From an uncultured Cytophagales bacterium (lineage in GTDB: Bacteria; Bacteroidota; Bacteroidia; Cytophagales; Bernardetiaceae), in NCBI GenBank assembly GCA_963761725.1, contig CAVXHP010000006.1:253534-317533 (forward strand): 64,000 nt of DNA, written 5' to 3'. A model generated the notes under the pieces. The model made no database searches, was not told the DNA's origin, and worked only from the letters and a program-made list of their open reading frames with translations. Position numbers and translations under genes: made by a program. Every line of letters starts with the position of its first letter. Positions within the stretch are counted from its first letter, which is position 1. Shown here piece after piece: positions 45,153 to 54,430 of the stretch.

Positions 45153-48100
45153 ATGCGTAACATACAATTTTTATTTCTTTCGTTTTTTGTTCTCATTAGT
45201 CTTACTGGCATTGCTCATTCTTCCTATGGACAGCTTCTTCAAGGTATTGTTACAGTGAATAATGGGGGTTCAATCAGCAATGATGCAGAAGGACGTGTTA
45301 TTTTGAAGATTTTTGCCAAAGGAGCCAGTGAAATGCGTGTTAGTAATAATGCCAGTTTTATTGGTGCAAAATGGGAACCTTTTGAAGGACAAAAAAGTTG
45401 GCGTTTGGATGCTCGTGAAGATGGAATCAAAACTGTTTATGTACAATTTAGAGATGGTTCTGCTACTATGGTTTCAGACCCTGCGGTTGCACAAGTAGAG
45501 CTTGACCGTAGCCCTCCTACCAATCCATCTATCAATATTAATTCAGGTGCAGAATATACTAATGCTAGAGATAGAAAAGTATATTTAGAATTGTATTGTG
45601 ATGAAGCCTATGAAATGCAGATTAGTAATAGAAGTGATTTTCAAGATGCTCCTCGTTGGTATCCTTATAAAGAAACTATACAAGGCTGGCCACTTACAGG
45701 TGGAGAAGGTACTAAGCAAGTATATGCTCGTTTCAAGGATTATGCAGGAAATATTTCTGCAAGTGCTGTTGATACTATTATTGTTGATCAAACTCCTCCA
45801 AAGGGACAATTTGAAATAAATAATAATGCAAAATTTACGACTACTCGTAATGTAAAACTACAATTTAATGCTGAAGGAGCAAGTGATATTTCTATTCAAT
45901 CATTAGGAACTTGGGTACCTTATGCAAAGGAGATGGATTTTGAGTTATCTGCTGTGCAAGGTCCTCAAGTAGTAGCGGTAAAGTTTAGAGATAAAATGGG
46001 TAATCAATCAAAACCTGCTTTTGCACGTATTATTTTAGATTTAGAGGCTCCTTCTATGCCTAGAATATTATTGAACGGTGGAAATCGCTACACCAAAAGT
46101 TATAATGTAAATATTCGTCTTTCTGCTATTGGTGCATCTGAAATGATAGTTAGTAATAATCCAGATTTGCGTGGTGCAGAATGGCAACCCTATCGCTATT
46201 TACTTCCTAGCTGGACATTTGATGTAACAGATGGAGAAAAAACAGTTTATGTGAAATTTAGAGACGAAGCGGGAAATGAAACAGAAATAAAATCAGATAA
46301 AATTATTCTTGATCAAGGACAACCCTCAGGAGGAAAAATAAAAATTATCTCAAAAGAAGGCACTCAAGGAATAACAAGTAATAAAGAAGGATTAGTAAAC
46401 CTTGAGCTTTCAGTGGAAGGCGATGATGCTCGTTATATGATGGTTAGCAATACAGAAAATTTCTTTGAAGGACGTTGGGAGATTTATAGAAATAAGGTAG
46501 AAGATTGGAAATTGGCAGTAGGAGACGGTGAAAAAGCAGTTTATGTGAAATTTAGAGATAGAGCAGGTAATGTTTCCAGTCCTGTTTCGGATAGGGTAAT
46601 CTTAGACCTTACTGCTCCCATTGATACACGTATAGCCGTAGAAAAAAGAGCTAAATACGTACAAAGCAATTCGGTTGCTGTAAATGTATATGCTCGTGGA
46701 GCAAGTGAAGTAATGTTAGGCAAATCCGAACAGTTTACGAATGGAAAGTGGCAAAAATACGAAGAAGAAATAAAAGGTTGGCAATTAGAAGGAGAAGACG
46801 GAAAAAAAGTAGTTTATGCAAAATTCAAAGACCAAGCAGGAAACGAAACTCCACCTATTAGTACAGAAATTATTTTGGATAGAGTAGCACCACAAGACCC
46901 ACAAATTAGAATAAATAAAGGAGATAGTGTTACTAATAATCCGAATAAAACAGTTTTGATGCAAGCTAAATCCGATGGAGCAGTGATGATGCAACTCGGT
47001 ATGGACGAAATTTTTAGTGGTAGCCGTTGGATTAATTATCAAGCAGGAAAAAATATTCCTTTTACCCTACCAGGTGATGATGGAATGAAAGAAGTGTTTG
47101 CTCGTTTTAGAGATGAAGCGGGAAATGTTTCGGATATAGTTTCTCAAAAAATCCTTCTTGACCGTACTCCTCCTATTGTTGGGGAAGTCAAAATAAATGA
47201 AGGAGATAATGGAACAAATATTCAAACAGTATCTCTTACCTTAAATGCACAAGGTGCAACTCATATGATGCTATCTAGCCGTATCAATTTTCCAGACGCA
47301 AAATGGGAGTCTTACAATACAACAAGGCAATTTACTTTAGTAGGAGATGATGGAGTTAAGTTTGTTTTTGTTCGTTATAGAGATGGGGTGGGTAATATTT
47401 CTGAAATTGCCTACGATAGAATTGGTCTTGATCGTACAGCTCCTACTGAAGGTGAAATTGTGATAAACAAAAATGCAAAATATACCACAAATATCAACAA
47501 ATATGTAACGCTTCAACTTCGTGCTAAAGGTGCCTCAGAAATGCGTATTGGTAAAAGCGAATCTATGGATAGTGCTTCATGGCAGACTTACAGACCAATT
47601 ATTACAAATCATATTTTACCAAATGAAGATGGCGAAAATAAAGTTTGGGTACAATTTGGAGATAAATCAGGCAATCAAACCAAACCAATTAGTGCAAGTA
47701 TTATTTTGGATAGACAAGCACCCTTTGGAGAGGAAATTATAATAAATGGAAGTGAGCCTTATACGAATAAGCATCAAGTAAAATTAGATATAATGGCAGA
47801 AGAGGCATCACATATGATGATTAGTAATATGAGAGGTTTTCCACCTCCTGCACGATGGGAAGATTACAATACGACTTCTAATTGGACTCTTTCTGGTGCA
47901 GATGGTTACAAAACAGTTTATATAAAGTTTAGAGACGAAGCTGGAAATCAGTCTTTTGTGGCTAGTTCTCAGATTCTTTTAGACACGCAGCCACCACAAC
48001 CTGGTATTATCAGGATTGAAGGAGGACAAACTCGTGTCAAAGACAATCAAGTAACATTACTATTCAATGCTCGTCAAGCTAATTATATTATGGTTTCGAA

Positions 48101-48266
48101 TTCGGCTAAATTTGATGATGGTGCATATTGGCAAGAATATACTGATAAATTAGATTGGGTTCTTACAAGTGGCGAAGGCTACAAAAGAGTGTATGCAAAA
48201 TTCAAAGATACCAGTGAAAACGAAACAGGAATTATCTTTGCAGAAATTACGGTAGAAGGCTTTTAA
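45153..48266 (+). CDS. Secreted protein made of about 11 tandem 92-97-aa beta-rich repeat modules
   Basis: Signal peptide, then a reiterated module: ILD(R/L/Q)xxP...I.IN.G..YT....V.L.L.A.GASEM..SN...F....W..Y.....W.L..GDG.K.VY.KFRD.AGN.S. Confidence 0.85.
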   Translation: MRNIQFLFLSFFVLISLTGIAHSSYGQLLQGIVTVNNGGSISNDAEGRVILKIFAKGASEMRVSNNASFIGAKWEPFEGQKSWRLDAREDGIKTVYVQFRDGSATMVSDPAVAQVELDRSPPTNPSININSGAEYTNARDRKVYLELYCDEAYEMQISNRSDFQDAPRWYPYKETIQGWPLTGGEGTKQVYARFKDYAGNISASAVDTIIVDQTPPKGQFEINNNAKFTTTRNVKLQFNAEGASDISIQSLGTWVPYAKEMDFELSAVQGPQVVAVKFRDKMGNQSKPAFARIILDLEAPSMPRILLNGGNRYTKSYNVNIRLSAIGASEMIVSNNPDLRGAEWQPYRYLLPSWTFDVTDGEKTVYVKFRDEAGNETEIKSDKIILDQGQPSGGKIKIISKEGTQGITSNKEGLVNLELSVEGDDARYMMVSNTENFFEGRWEIYRNKVEDWKLAVGDGEKAVYVKFRDRAGNVSSPVSDRVILDLTAPIDTRIAVEKRAKYVQSNSVAVNVYARGASEVMLGKSEQFTNGKWQKYEEEIKGWQLEGEDGKKVVYAKFKDQAGNETPPISTEIILDRVAPQDPQIRINKGDSVTNNPNKTVLMQAKSDGAVMMQLGMDEIFSGSRWINYQAGKNIPFTLPGDDGMKEVFARFRDEAGNVSDIVSQKILLDRTPPIVGEVKINEGDNGTNIQTVSLTLNAQGATHMMLSSRINFPDAKWESYNTTRQFTLVGDDGVKFVFVRYRDGVGNISEIAYDRIGLDRTAPTEGEIVINKNAKYTTNINKYVTLQLRAKGASEMRIGKSESMDSASWQTYRPIITNHILPNEDGENKVWVQFGDKSGNQTKPISASIILDRQAPFGEEIIINGSEPYTNKHQVKLDIMAEEASHMMISNMRGFPPPARWEDYNTTSNWTLSGADGYKTVYIKFRDEAGNQSFVASSQILLDTQPPQPGIIRIEGGQTRVKDNQVTLLFNARQANYIMVSNSAKFDDGAYWQEYTDKLDWVLTSGEGYKRVYAKFKDTSENETGIIFAEITVEGF

Positions 48267-48285
48267 AATCATCAACTTTAAGAAC

Positions 48286-48325
48286 AAAGCATTTTCATAA
48301 TTTTACTATGAAAATGCTTTTTTTG
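48286..48325 (+). terminator. Rho-independent terminator
   Basis: AAAGCATTTTCATA..TATGAAAATGCTTT followed by TTTTT. Confidence 0.75.
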
Positions 48326-48452
48326 TTTTATGAAAAAAGCATTTGTAGTTCAAAAGGCTTGCCTTTGACTATATTCTTTTTTTGGTATATTTGTGCTATT
48401 AAAACAGTATTGAAAAACAAGTAGAAGACAATTTTAAAAGAGAAAATAAATT

Positions 48453-49842
48453 ATGAAAAAACCTTCTGTTCCACAGGGAATGCGTGATTTTTCACCCAAT
48501 CAAATGCTCAAACGTCAATGGCTTTTTGATTCTATAAAAAAGGTATTTGTAAAATATGGTTTTCTACCTTTAGAAACTCCTACAATGGAAAATCTAAATT
48601 CTCTAACAGGAAAATATGGCGATGAAGGCGACCAGCTTCTTTTTAGAGTGCTTAATTCAGGCGATTTTTTGAAAGATGTACAAAAAAAAGAGGGTCAAAA
48701 AAAAGTAGAAGAATTAGATTATAAAGAAATTACGACAAAGGTAAGTAAGCGAGGTTTACGATATGATTTGACTGTTCCTTTTGCTCGTTATGTAGTTCAG
48801 CACCAAAGCGAAATTACGTTTCCTTTTCGCAGATTTCAAATTCAACCTGTTTGGCGTGCCGACCGTCCACAAAAAGGACGTTACCGTGAATTCTATCAAT
48901 GTGATGCTGATGTTGTGGGTTCAGATTCTTTAATTAATGAAGCCGAATTATTACAATTAGCCGATGAGGTTTTTGAGAAATTGAATCTAAAAGTTACTAT
49001 CAAACTCAATAGTAGAAAAATATTGCAAGGACTTTCAGAAGTAGTCGGTTTTCCAGAAAAAATGACTGATATTACTGTTGCCATTGATAAGTTAGATAAA
49101 ATCGGCTGGGAAGGCGTTTCGAAAAGAACTCACAGAAAGAGAACTTTCAGAAGAGGCTATTTCTAAAATAAGTGAATTTATAGATTTCTTGACCAATAAA
49201 AATACAAGTTTCAATCAAGAGAAATTAGATTACTTAAAATCTTTTTTTAGTGGAAATCAAGTAGGAGAAGCAGGAATTATAGAACTAGAACAAGTACAAC
49301 AGTTTTTAGAGCATATTCCGTTTGTCAATAATTTAGAAATTGACCCAACTCTTGCAAGAGGTTTAGGATATTACACAGGCTGTATTTATGAAATAAAAGC
49401 AGACGAAGCCCAAATGGGTAGTATTGGTGGTGGAGGTCGTTATGATGACCTTACAGGAATTTTTGGTTTAAAAGGATATTCTGGAGTAGGAATTTCATTT
49501 GGAATAGAACGAATTTATGATGTTTTGGAAGACTTAGATTTATTTCCAAAAGAAATTTCAGAATCTACCAAAATTATATTTTTAGCCTTTGATGAATCTG
49601 CACGAATTTGGAGTTTGCCACTTGTAAGAAGGCTTAGAGACAGAAATATTGCTACCGAAGTCTATACAGAAAACAAGAATATCAAAAAACAATTTGATTA
49701 TGCCAATAAAAGAAATATTCCTTTTTGTGTAATTATAGGAGATAATGAAATGAAAACAGGAAAATTGGCAGTCAAAAATATGGTTGAAGGTTCGCAAGAA
49801 GTAATGTCTATTGATGAACTAATTGAAAAATTTGCTTTATGA
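48453..49842 (+). CDS. hisS: Histidine--tRNA ligase, apparent +1 frameshift in an A-run (probable sequence error)
   Basis: Class II motifs are present: [43 protein letters not shown] and GGGRYD. The track splits the gene at 49166/49189. Deleting one A of the A4 run at 49122-49125 gives a continuous ...[31 protein letters not shown]... Confidence 0.9.
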
Positions 49843-49851
49843 TTAATTTCT

Positions 49852-49969
49852 TGTCTAAAACTTTGTCAGTAGTGTTTTGGTAATCCAAAATAACTCTGAA
49901 TAGTTGATGTAAATATTTATATCAAACTATTGATAGCCTTCTGGAAGGTCTGTCAAAGTTTTAGAAACA
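49852..49969 (+). other. About 118-nt structured element (outer stem enclosing three hairpins) downstream of hisS
   Basis: Outer stem: TGTCTAAAACTTTGTCAG (49852-49869) pairs with CTGTCAAAGTTTTAGAAACA (49950-49969). Inner hairpins: 49875-49890 (TTTTGG taat CCAAAA); 49899-49931 (AATAGTTGAT..ATCAAACTATT); 49937-49948 (CCTT ctgg AAGG). Confidence 0.4.
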
Positions 49970-49986
49970 AAAAGACATTTAGACAA

Positions 49987-50031
49987 AAAAATAAGCCTTC
50001 AAAAATTAAACGTTTTTGAAGGCTTATTTTT
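49987..50031. terminator. Bidirectional hairpin terminator
   Basis: AAAATAAGCCTTCAAAAA..TTTTTGAAGGCTTATTTT, located between convergent hisS and the M23 peptidase gene. Confidence 0.75.
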
Positions 50032-50072
50032 ACACTAATCACTAATAATTAAAAAATTAATCACTAGATCTG

Positions 50073-51521
50073 TTACCTTATCCTCAAGCGTCTTCCCAGT
50101 CTCAAACTCGCTCGTGTACTAATATTATTAAGTTTACAAATTGAAGCAATCGTTACTCCATATTGGCGACTAATTTTCCAAAGAGAATCTCCACTTTTGA
50201 TTTTGTGATAAATTACTCTTCTTACAGTATGAACTTCTTCAGAGTCGTCATCTCCATCATCCTCGTGTGTATGTGTACTATTTACTCTTGCACCCAAATG
50301 CTTGAAGTTGGCAGCCGTAAGCTCAAAATCTTTTAGCTTTATTTCGTTTTTTTCAAAATCAAAAATAGTTGCTGGGTCTATCGAATTGCCTTCATAACGC
50401 ATCTCAAAATGCAAATGAGGTCCCGTACTCCTTCCAGTACTTCCACCCTTTCCAATCATCTGACCTGCTTTTACGTAATCACCTACCTCTACATCGGTTG
50501 CACTAAGATGTCCATACACCGTTTCAAGTCCGTTATTATGTCGTATTACAATATGATTTCCAAAACCTCTACCGTATTTTTTTACTCTAATTATTCCATC
50601 AAAAACAGCATAAATAGGGTCACCTGTATCCAAATCTAAATCGGTTCCGTGATGCCAGCGATAACGACGATACCCAAAATTTGAGTTTATTCTGTTACTC
50701 GCCATAGGTGGCGACCAATATTGGCTTTTTGCTGAATCATAGAGAGCAATCTGAACGGTGTCTCTAAATTTTGAAGCATCAATTCCATACGGGTTTACGG
50801 CATCTGAACTCCAAACTTTATAATACTGACGCATTGTAATCCAAACACAATCAATTGCAATTTCTTCTGAAATCAAAACGATATTGCTCATCTTTACATT
50901 ATCGTAATTACTTGTATCTTCTCTAAATAAACTTTTGCGAGTATTCATACTAATAGCAAGCGTATCTAAAAAAAGTGAGTATCCCCAGCTTCCACTAAGT
51001 GTACTAAGGCGTAACATAGTTGTATCAGAAAGATTTAAGAGAGTAGCATTTGCAGGACGAAAATTTTCTTCCTCATAACTATCTCCACCAATAGAAGGAG
51101 CATTTTTATTAAATACAGCAGAGTTTTCAAAGGATTTTGAAGTAACTACTCCTAGTGAATCTTTTGATGAATCGCTTTTAACTTCTCCATTTTCAGAAAC
51201 TGACCTAGATAAATCAGAATCCATATTACTTTTAGAAATGCTAAAAGCATCTATTGAATCTGTCTTCGAAATGGCTAGAGTTAATCTTAAAGAATCTGTT
51301 TTCTTGTCTTTTGTATCTTCCTTTATATCTTCTCTTGGAGCTACTTTTTCAATAGCTGCATTTTTATCTGTTGTAGCAGGGAGAATTAAAAAATTTGGAA
51401 TTATAATAGTTTTAAAATCACTTTGACTGTTACTTTTGTCTTGCAGAGTATTTTGTGCTGTAACGTTATTCTTTTGAGCTAAAAAAGTAAATAAAATGAA
51501 AAAGAAACTGATAAATCTCAT
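50073..51521 (-). CDS. M23-family peptidoglycan metalloendopeptidase with C-terminal LysM domain
   Basis: HHGTDLD ... GSTGRSTGPHLHFE (M23 motifs). C-terminal YHKIKSGDSLWKISRQYGVTIASICKLNNI (LysM). Signal peptide starts at M30 (ATG at 51521). Confidence 0.85.
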   Translation of the reverse strand: MRFISFFFILFTFLAQKNNVTAQNTLQDKSNSQSDFKTIIIPNFLILPATTDKNAAIEKVAPREDIKEDTKDKKTDSLRLTLAISKTDSIDAFSISKSNMDSDLSRSVSENGEVKSDSSKDSLGVVTSKSFENSAVFNKNAPSIGGDSYEEENFRPANATLLNLSDTTMLRLSTLSGSWGYSLFLDTLAISMNTRKSLFREDTSNYDNVKMSNIVLISEEIAIDCVWITMRQYYKVWSSDAVNPYGIDASKFRDTVQIALYDSAKSQYWSPPMASNRINSNFGYRRYRWHHGTDLDLDTGDPIYAVFDGIIRVKKYGRGFGNHIVIRHNNGLETVYGHLSATDVEVGDYVKAGQMIGKGGSTGRSTGPHLHFEMRYEGNSIDPATIFDFEKNEIKLKDFELTAANFKHLGARVNSTHTHEDDGDDDSEEVHTVRRVIYHKIKSGDSLWKISRQYGVTIASICKLNNISTRASLRLGRRLRIR

Positions 51522-52079
51522 CGCTTTTGTGTAATACAAAGTAGGATAAAATATGTTTTTTGAGTAATTATTCGAGTCCATTTGAAAGATAATAAAGATA
51601 TAAGGCATAAAAACAAACCAATGTTTGTTTGATATGAGCTATTAAACTACTTATTTTGTAAATTTATCTTTAAATAAATAAGTCCTTGGGAATATTTTTT
51701 GAGCAACTATTTTGAGCAACTATAAGTCTAACCCCAAATACTACTAGTTTGCAGTATGTATTTTGTTTGAAGGGTTCAATATTTTTTATAAAAGAAACTA
51801 ATTTTAGTTTTCTTTTAAATGAAGGTGCAATTTACAACTATTTTATAAACACTACCAAATATTATATTTGATTTGGCTTTTCATTTGTACTTATAATTTA
51901 AACAATAGGATAAAACTAATATAAATTCTGTAATTTCATTTATTTTTGTCTTTAAAAGAGATTGTACTAAACAAAATTAATTTTTCTTTGTCCTATAAGT
52001 GAGTAAGAGTAGTCAGTTTTGCTCAAAAATATATATTTTTGTATTGGTAGAAAATGTGTTTTTAAATAAAGAGAAGCGT

Positions 52080-52922
52080 ATGGAAAATAGGAATGAGAAT
52101 ATTAATAATGAGGATACTAATAATGAGAATACTAATAAAGGTAATTTTAGTCTCATAGCTAATGAGCAAATAAAAAATTTAGTCTCAAAAAACTACGTCT
52201 ATGCTGCTGTATTACATTATTTTGGCATAGATTTTTACAATCACACTCATCAAACTTTGGCTCAAACGTGTACAGAAAACGGGATTGATGCACGTTTTTT
52301 GATACAGCAATTAGAGCAAGCCGTAAAAAATAAGACTAAATCTAATGTATCAAAGCCTTCATTTCAGAATATAGGTAATTACCCTGTCCAACTCGTTATC
52401 CATTATTTGAAGCATTCGCATCGTATTTTTATGCGTCGTAGCTTGCCTTATATGTCAAAACTAGTTTGTGATTGTCAGAGTGATGGCTTTGAGAATAAAT
52501 ATAAATCAGTAATAGAAGATTTGAAAATTGCTTTTCCTTTATTTGCAGAAGATTTTATTCATCATATTTTTGAAGAAGAAGAGTCGCTCTTCGATTATAT
52601 CAACCTCTTAGACAACGCTTTCTATGAAAAAATACCAATGACAAAAGTATTTTATCCCATGCAAGAACATTCTATTTCTCGTTTTTTGCGTCAGCATCAG
52701 CAAGACGATGACGAAATGAAAGGGATTAGAGAACTTACAGAAAATTATAAAACTACATCAAATACACCTCTTTTGATAAAAGTATTGTATTCAGAGTTGA
52801 AGGATTTTGAAGAGGAATTGAAGATACACGCAGATATAGAAAACAGAATATTGCTTCCAAAAGCTCTAAAATTAGAATTAAAATTAAAAGAAAGTATTAT
52901 AGCAAAAAGTAAGTTTAATTGA
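52080..52922 (+). CDS. ScdA_N/hemerythrin-like (RIC-type di-iron) domain protein
   Basis: NYVYAAVLHYFGIDFY resembles the ScdA N-terminal motif. Later H/E-rich helices (HYLKHSHRIF, FIHHIFEEEESLF, HADIENRILLP) suggest a hemerythrin-like cation-binding fold. Confidence 0.45.
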   Translation: MENRNENINNEDTNNENTNKGNFSLIANEQIKNLVSKNYVYAAVLHYFGIDFYNHTHQTLAQTCTENGIDARFLIQQLEQAVKNKTKSNVSKPSFQNIGNYPVQLVIHYLKHSHRIFMRRSLPYMSKLVCDCQSDGFENKYKSVIEDLKIAFPLFAEDFIHHIFEEEESLFDYINLLDNAFYEKIPMTKVFYPMQEHSISRFLRQHQQDDDEMKGIRELTENYKTTSNTPLLIKVLYSELKDFEEELKIHADIENRILLPKALKLELKLKESIIAKSKFN

Positions 52923-53102
52923 GCAAATAGAAATGAAGAACAGGAAACGGGAAGGAAGAGTACAATTTCTAATTCAAATTATTTTAATCACTAAATATTC
53001 CTAAATCAGCTTTTTTCTGCAATCCTTTAAATAGTTTTTACGTAAGTAAATTAAATAAATTACTATTTTTTAATTATTAATTCATTGATAATCAATACAT
53101 TA

Positions 53103-53149
53103 AATTCGTAATTTTTAATTAGCTTCGCTGCTTTAGCAGGTCGTAATTA
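53103..53149. repeat. TCGTAAT heptamer repeat with GC-rich palindromic insert
   Basis: Sequence aattcgtaatttttaatt-agcttcgctgctttagcaggtcgtaatta. An inverted copy lies at 56971-57021. Confidence 0.8.
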
Positions 53150-53212
53150 CTCCTAAGTTGTAAAGACGAAGGAAAACAAAATAAAATTATAGTATAAGTC
53201 AAAACTCAATAC

Positions 53213-53635
53213 ATGGGAAATTTAATATTACCACCTTCACTTACTCGTGAACTTCCTTATGCTGTTACGGCACAACTTGCAGAATTGCCACAGGAAGCAC
53301 AACGAGAGTTTTTTGAAGAATACAACCGAAATGCACGTACTACTTCGATAGGTTACATTTTGCATCTGCTTGTCTTTGGAACTCATTATGCTTATCTCAA
53401 TCAGTGGCTTTTGCAGTTTTTGTATTGGTTTACGGCTGGAGGTTTTGGTATTTGGTGGTTTATAGATTTGTTCAGAATTCCCTCTATGATAGAGGCACAT
53501 AATAATAAAGTAGCTGACCAAACGCTTCAACACGTACTTGTAAAATACCGTTACGGACTTAAAAATAATACAACATCTGATTTTATTTCATCTTCTGCAA
53601 AAGGTTCGAAGGTTTATGCTCCGAACGCCTTATGA
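53213..53635 (+). CDS. TM2 domain-containing membrane protein
   Basis: GYILHLLVFGTHYAYLNQWLLQFLYWFTAGGFGIWWFIDLFRIP, a TM2 signature. Confidence 0.7.
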   Translation: MGNLILPPSLTRELPYAVTAQLAELPQEAQREFFEEYNRNARTTSIGYILHLLVFGTHYAYLNQWLLQFLYWFTAGGFGIWWFIDLFRIPSMIEAHNNKVADQTLQHVLVKYRYGLKNNTTSDFISSSAKGSKVYAPNAL

Positions 53636-54242
53636 TTTACAGAAAAAAGAAGACAACCCTCAAAATAATGATACATTAGACAAACGCAGTATTTCTAGAA
53701 TGCGTCCGATTGTGCCACGAGTTTTGGATAATCCAGAAGCTGACCCCATGCGACTCAGCATCGTAAATATAAAGGCAGGCTATTTAGTAGATTTTGATTT
53801 GACAACGTGGGAAACTGTACAGGAATGGCAATACGACTGGGATAATGGAAATAGTGGAAAAGAATTTCGTTTAGTAAATGAAAAAGAAACGCTGCATTTA
53901 TATATGCGAAATGAAGGAACTCAACTGCATACTATTCTGGGAAGAAAAGTAAATATTTTTTCTATTGATAGAGAATTGGAAGACGAAATTCAGACCAATT
54001 CTCGTCCTCCATCGGTACTCAATTATCAAGAAATAGACTATTTTAGAGAAAATACAAAAACAGGTTGGAGACACGAACTATCCTCCAAAACAAGTGCAAA
54101 CAAACTTACTATTTGGGAATATTTTGATGAAACCATGACGTTTTTTATGCGTATCGAACAAATAGAAAATCAAACTTACAAAGCAACCGTAGGCGAAGTA
54201 ATTTCTCCTTTTGAGTTTTCGAATGTTTTGCCGAAAGAATAG
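53616..54242 (+). CDS. DUF4178-like protein
   Basis: Overlaps the TM2 gene by 20 nt. GYLVDFDLTTWETVQEWQYDWDNGNSGKEFRLVN is a pattern recalled for DUF4178. Confidence 0.45.
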   Translation: MLRTPYDLQKKEDNPQNNDTLDKRSISRMRPIVPRVLDNPEADPMRLSIVNIKAGYLVDFDLTTWETVQEWQYDWDNGNSGKEFRLVNEKETLHLYMRNEGTQLHTILGRKVNIFSIDRELEDEIQTNSRPPSVLNYQEIDYFRENTKTGWRHELSSKTSANKLTIWEYFDETMTFFMRIEQIENQTYKATVGEVISPFEFSNVLPKE

Positions 54243-54254
54243 AATATTTAATCA

Positions 54255-54306
54255 AAAATTACGAATTCGGAAAAGAATTATAATTCTATTTCCGTAATTC
54301 GTAATT
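54255..54306. repeat. ATTACGA-family long palindrome
   Basis: AATTACGAATTCGGAAA-agaattataattct-TTTCCGTAATTCGTAATT. The central 14-mer is itself a perfect palindrome. Confidence 0.75.
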
Positions 54307-54314
54307 GATTTTCA

Positions 54315-54425
54315 GGTAGTGTTAAATATATAATGCTGCAATTCTAAAAATCTGTGTTTTGTTCGTTTAATCTGCGTTATCTGTGTTCCATTTTTATTTA
54401 CAGCATTACTTTGTGATACACTACC
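54315..54425. repeat. 111-bp MITE-like element, copy 1
   Basis: Termini GGTAGTGTTAAATATATAATGCTG ... CAGCATTACTTTGTGATACACTACC are inverted repeats. The interior contains three ATCTG(T/C)GTT repeats. A second copy lies at 57166-57276. Confidence 0.8.
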
Positions 54426-54430
54426 GATTT

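Noticed and set aside
45153-48266. Possible DNA-level tandem repeat or CRISPR-like array suggested by the periodic pattern.
   Set aside because: - Periodicity is about 285 bp and exists at the protein level only.
- The DNA copies have diverged and lie within one long ORF.
- No short identical direct repeats with unique spacers occur anywhere in the window.
13056-49125. Programmed +1 ribosomal frameshifting at the ClC, potD and hisS sites.
   Set aside because: - None of the sites shows a known shifty motif, a rare-codon pause or a stimulatory structure.
- All three are simple one-base homopolymer excesses.
- One of them is in an essential gene.
- A sequencing or assembly error is the simpler explanation.
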